From: Nitrospira japonica
GTDB taxonomy: Bacteria; Nitrospirota; Thermodesulfovibrionia; Thermodesulfovibrionales; SM23-35
Length of the DNA stretch: 22,415 nucleotides
Direction: 5' to 3'
Assembly (NCBI GenBank): GCA_020725385.1
Contig: DYFC01000036.1
Location: 1 to 22,415 of the forward strand
Position numbers and translations under genes: made by a program. Shown here piece by piece: positions 19,151 through 22,415 of this stretch. The notes beneath the pieces are model-generated. The model saw only the letters and a program-made list of their open reading frames with translations. It was not told where the DNA came from and ran no database searches. The stretch's first letter is position 1. Every line of letters begins with the position of its first letter.

Positions 19151-19749
19151 CCTTTGCCTCCTATCTTGACCAGAGATTCTTCAAGAAGCCTTTCCTGTTC
19201 TTCTTTGGTTAACTTCTCTTTAAGTTTTTTCTCAGCAAGTTCCATAGCAAGTTCTACTGCTTCAGCTTTAATTGCTTCTTTTGCCTGTTTCAGTTCAAAT
19301 TCAATATTGGTTTTTGCCTGTTCCATAATTTTAGTTTTAAGCTTATCGGTCTCTGCAATAATTGCATCGCGTTCTTGTTCGCCTGATTTTCTTGCAGCCT
19401 CAAGAATTGCAGCAATTTCAGCATCCTTTGCTTTTAGCCTTGTCTCGACTTCTGCAAGGGCTTTTTGTGCAGCTTCCTTTGCTTCCTTGGCATCCTGCAG
19501 AGTTTTTGCTATCATTTCAGTTCTCTGCTTGAGGAAATTCTGCAAAGGTTTCTTACCAAATTTAAAAAGAACAATAACAAGAATAAGGAAGTTAATTATT
19601 TTCCACATATACTCTTTCCATAACGGTGTATGTTCTTCACCACCGCTAGCGAAAGAGATTGAAGTAAAGGTTAATAAGAAAAGACAGGAAAAAATGACAG
19701 GTAAAAATTTTTTGAAATTTTTTCTTAATTTCAGAATTTTCTTTCTCAT
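19147..19749 (-). CDS. atpF: F0 ATP synthase subunit b
   Basis: WKIINFLILVIVLFKFGKKPL..L..R plus long coiled coil; N-terminal signal-like extension. Confidence 0.92.
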   Translation of the reverse strand: MRKKILKLRKNFKKFLPVIFSCLFLLTFTSISFASGGEEHTPLWKEYMWKIINFLILVIVLFKFGKKPLQNFLKQRTEMIAKTLQDAKEAKEAAQKALAEVETRLKAKDAEIAAILEAARKSGEQERDAIIAETDKLKTKIMEQAKTNIEFELKQAKEAIKAEAVELAMELAEKKLKEKLTKEEQERLLEESLVKIGGKG

Positions 19750-20168
19750 GCACTCACCAACTTTCTTACAATCTCATCAGAGAACTTATCAATATCAGCC
19801 CGCAATCCTGCCCTCGCCTTTTCAGCTTCAGCTTTAATTTCTGCTCTTGCCTTTTCAATAATCGACACAGCTTCAGCCTCTGCTGCTGAGATTACTTCTT
19901 TTTGTTTCATCACTCCTTCGTGTCTGAGAGCTTCGAAGGTTTCTTTAGCCTTTGTCCTTGATTCAGCCAGTTCTCTGTTTAATCTGGCGATTCCTTCCTC
20001 TCTTTTTTCTGCCATAACTTTAGCTGTTTCAAGGTCACCTTTTATAGTATCTTCACGTTTTTTGAACATATCCATAACAGGTTTAAAAAGTATGGCATTC
20101 AAGAGAAAAATAAGGACAATAAAATTAGCTGCCAAAACAAGAAGCCAAATTGGTTGAATATCAAGCAT
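19746..20168 (-). CDS. F0 ATP synthase subunit b' (second b-type subunit)
   Basis: NFIVLIFLLNAILFKPV...KRE plus coiled coil; first gene of the operon; SD GGAAGGTG. Confidence 0.9.
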   Translation of the reverse strand: MLDIQPIWLLVLAANFIVLIFLLNAILFKPVMDMFKKREDTIKGDLETAKVMAEKREEGIARLNRELAESRTKAKETFEALRHEGVMKQKEVISAAEAEAVSIIEKARAEIKAEAEKARAGLRADIDKFSDEIVRKLVSA

Positions 20169-20205
20169 ATTTCACCTTCCATTTGAGAAGATTAAAAACA
20201 GGAGA

Positions 20206-20235
20206 AGATTACCACATGAGAAAAAAGATTGTCAA
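20206..20235 (-). promoter_or_regulatory. sigma70 promoter of the atp operon
   Basis: Minus strand TTGACA-18 bp-TAATCT with an extended TG-n element. Confidence 0.65.
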
Positions 20236-20302
20236 GTGGTTTTTAAAAAAAAATTAAATAGCTAATTTTAAATTAAAAAGGAGAGTTATAGATTGCATAA
20301 TT

Positions 20303-20311
20303 TGCTAAAAT
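20303..20311 (+). promoter_or_regulatory. extended -10 element of bioF (probable leaderless transcript)
   Basis: TG-C-TAAAAT ending 6 nt before ATG 20318; no SD present. Confidence 0.5.
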
Positions 20312-20317
20312 ACTTCT

Positions 20318-21448
20318 ATGTTTCCGGAAAAAATTAAATTATTAGAAAGTCAAAAGCTTCTAAGAAAAATAAAAGATAAAAGCTCCCCGCATGGTCGTGT
20401 AATATTTCTTGAGAACAGGAAATTTATAAATTTTGCCTCAAATGATTATCTTGGGATTTCAAAACATTTATTTATTATCTCAAATGCTATAAAAGCTATT
20501 GAAAAATTTGGGACAGGTTCAGGTGCTTCAAGATTGCTCGCAGGCGGAGTTAAATTACATAATGAACTTGAGAAAAAAATCGCTAAATTCAAAAATACTC
20601 CTTCTGCTTTAATTTTCAATTCAGGATATTCTGCAAATACAGGTATAATACCTGCGTTATTTGATAAAGATTTCTTAATTTTTAGCGATGAACTAAACCA
20701 TGCGAGTATTATTGATGGATGCAGATTAAGTAAAGCTGAAATTAAAATCTATAAGCACAAAGATATTGAACATCTTAAAAAACTGCTTGAAATAGAAAAT
20801 AAAAAGAAAAAAATAATAATTACTGATTCCGTGTTCAGCATGGATGGAGATATTGCTCCATTGCCTGAAATTTATAACCTATGTAAAAAATACAGCGCTT
20901 TTTTATATATTGATGACGCCCATGGTACCGGTGTTCTTGGAAATGGCAAAGGTGCTTTATCACATTTCAATATTAAACCCGCACCATGGTTAATTCAGAT
21001 GGGCACATTTTCTAAAGCATTAGGCTCATATGGAGCATTTCTTGCCGGAAGCAAGGATGTTGTAAAACTTACTTTAAATACGGCAAAAACCTTTATGTTC
21101 TCAACTGCATTGCCTGCATGCATAATTGCTGCTTCTCTTGCAGCAATCGAATTAATAGAAAAGGATACTTCATTAATTAAAAAATTATGGGAAAACAGAA
21201 GAAAACTCGTTTCAGCGCTCTCTAATCTTGGATTTGATTTAATGAATAGCGAAACCCCTATAATACCCCTTAAAATGAAAGATATTGATGAAGCAATTCG
21301 TTTATCTGATAAACTTTTTAAAAAAGGCATTTATGTGCCGGCTATTAGACCGCCAACAGTAAAAGAGCCACGATTACGAATTACAGTAACAGCAGCACAT
21401 ACAGATGAAGATATTGAAATGCTGACGGATACTTTAAAAACAGCGTAG
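20318..21448 (+). CDS. bioF: 8-amino-7-oxononanoate synthase
   Basis: NFASNDYLG, GSGASRL, SDELNHASIIDG, SVFSMDGD, DDAHG, GTFSKALG, AIRPPTV. Confidence 0.95.
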   Translation: MFPEKIKLLESQKLLRKIKDKSSPHGRVIFLENRKFINFASNDYLGISKHLFIISNAIKAIEKFGTGSGASRLLAGGVKLHNELEKKIAKFKNTPSALIFNSGYSANTGIIPALFDKDFLIFSDELNHASIIDGCRLSKAEIKIYKHKDIEHLKKLLEIENKKKKIIITDSVFSMDGDIAPLPEIYNLCKKYSAFLYIDDAHGTGVLGNGKGALSHFNIKPAPWLIQMGTFSKALGSYGAFLAGSKDVVKLTLNTAKTFMFSTALPACIIAASLAAIELIEKDTSLIKKLWENRRKLVSALSNLGFDLMNSETPIIPLKMKDIDEAIRLSDKLFKKGIYVPAIRPPTVKEPRLRITVTAAHTDEDIEMLTDTLKTA

Positions 21449-21492
21449 ATAGAAAGAATTCTTCTTTCGGGCTAAATCGTTTTGGAGATTAC

Positions 21493-22230
21493 ATGTTAAA
21501 AGGATTTTTCATAACAGGAACAGATACAGGTGTCGGAAAAACAGTAATTTCTGCTGGCCTGGTATACTTTTTAAACAATCTTGGATACAGAACAGGAGCA
21601 ATGAAGCCTATTGAATCAGGATGTAAAATTCAAAGATTCAAGGGATTGAAAACAAATCAAGCAAATACTCTAATACCCCATGACGGGATGTTTCTTAAAA
21701 AAATTGCAGGGATGGAAGATTCAATTGATCTTATTACTCCAATAAGATTTAAAGAGCCTCTCGCTCCTTTTGCAGCTTCTAAAATTGAAGGTAAAACAAT
21801 TAACATTAGAAGAATTAAAAGTGCTTTTTCCAAACTTTCAAAAAAATACGAACTGCTAATTGTTGAAGGAATCGGGGGTTTGCTTGTGCCAATAAAAAAG
21901 AACTACTATGTTCTTGACCTTGCAAAATATATTGGATTGCCTTTAATTGTAGTTGCAAGACCGTCACTTGGAACTTTGAATCATACAATGCTTACAGTTA
22001 ACTATGCTATAAAAGAAGGGCTTCAAATTGCAGGAATTATCATAAACCATAATAAACCTGCTGAAAACACAATCGCTGAGGAAACCAACCCTGATATTTT
22101 AAAACAAATCAGCCCTGTACCAATAATATGTATTTTTCCTTATCTTCATAATTTAGGGAATAAAACTATCGAAAAAACAGTTCTGCAAACGCTAAATATG
22201 GATACAATCAAAAAGTTGTTATATCAGTAA
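21493..22230 (+). CDS. bioD: dethiobiotin synthase
   Basis: FITGTDTGVGKT, KPIESG, VEGIGG, LGTLNHT. Confidence 0.95.
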   Translation: MLKGFFITGTDTGVGKTVISAGLVYFLNNLGYRTGAMKPIESGCKIQRFKGLKTNQANTLIPHDGMFLKKIAGMEDSIDLITPIRFKEPLAPFAASKIEGKTINIRRIKSAFSKLSKKYELLIVEGIGGLLVPIKKNYYVLDLAKYIGLPLIVVARPSLGTLNHTMLTVNYAIKEGLQIAGIIINHNKPAENTIAEETNPDILKQISPVPIICIFPYLHNLGNKTIEKTVLQTLNMDTIKKLLYQ

Positions 22231-22259
22231 CAGCCGTCTCCTTTTGATTCAGAATCTCC

Positions 22260-22295
22260 AACTGCATTTTTCGGGTTAACCCGAAAAATGCAGTT
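22260..22295. repeat. perfect 36-bp palindrome
   Basis: AACTGCATTTTTCGGGTT|AACCCGAAAAATGCAGTT, no spacer or mismatch. Confidence 0.9.
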
Positions 22296-22415
22296 AAAAA
22301 AGGCAGACCTGTAGAAGCAAGCCTATCAAGGAGATTCAATATATAATTGAAGTGATAGCCAATATTTATGCTGTTTTTAAATCACCTCCTCTCTGAAATA
22401 TCTTATCTTCATCCA

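Noticed and set aside
19154-19837. 227-aa + strand ORF and other antisense ORFs within the atp, lon, fprA and bioF genes
   Set aside because: Codon-register shadows of well-supported genes on the other strand or frame
21625-21660. Possible repeat-derived in-frame insertion in bioD (AAAATTCA AAGATTCA AGGGATTG)
   Set aside because: Only 2-3 degenerate units in a loop that is variable in BioD
22365-22415. 3' end of a minus-strand gene (DEDKIFQRGGDLKTA* or MKIRYFREEVI*) and an AGGAGGTGAT SD-like run
   Set aside because: Truncated by the window edge; frame undeterminable and no start codon at proper spacing from the SD

Overview
AT-rich chromosomal window from an anaerobic Gram-negative bacterium; gene content and style suggest Nitrospirota (Thermodesulfovibrionia-like) or a deltaproteobacterium, which is inference. 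The left part (1-7205) is a redox and O2/NO-stress cluster: ferredoxin, ferritin-like diiron protein, radical SAM/SPASM enzyme, flavodiiron protein FprA, CMD-family protein, an unknown membrane-anchored protein, rubrerythrin, an octaheme HAO-family cytochrome c and an iron-sulfur flavoprotein. The middle and right parts are mostly housekeeping: LpxL-type acyltransferase, LonC-like protease, a decayed BrnT toxin remnant, xerD, a tRNA m6A methyltransferase, a REC-GAF-HD-GYP regulator, the atpF'-F-H-A-G-D-C operon and bioF-bioD. The top finding is a 20-aa ORF missed by the ORF track (127-189, MKIRKVSKRVSLTCKCKSSC). It has its own sigma70-like promoter, a strong RBS and a downstream hairpin, and lies about 0.9 kb from the radical SAM/SPASM gene. 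This is a candidate undescribed thioether-type RiPP system; the peptide-enzyme link is inferred, not shown.
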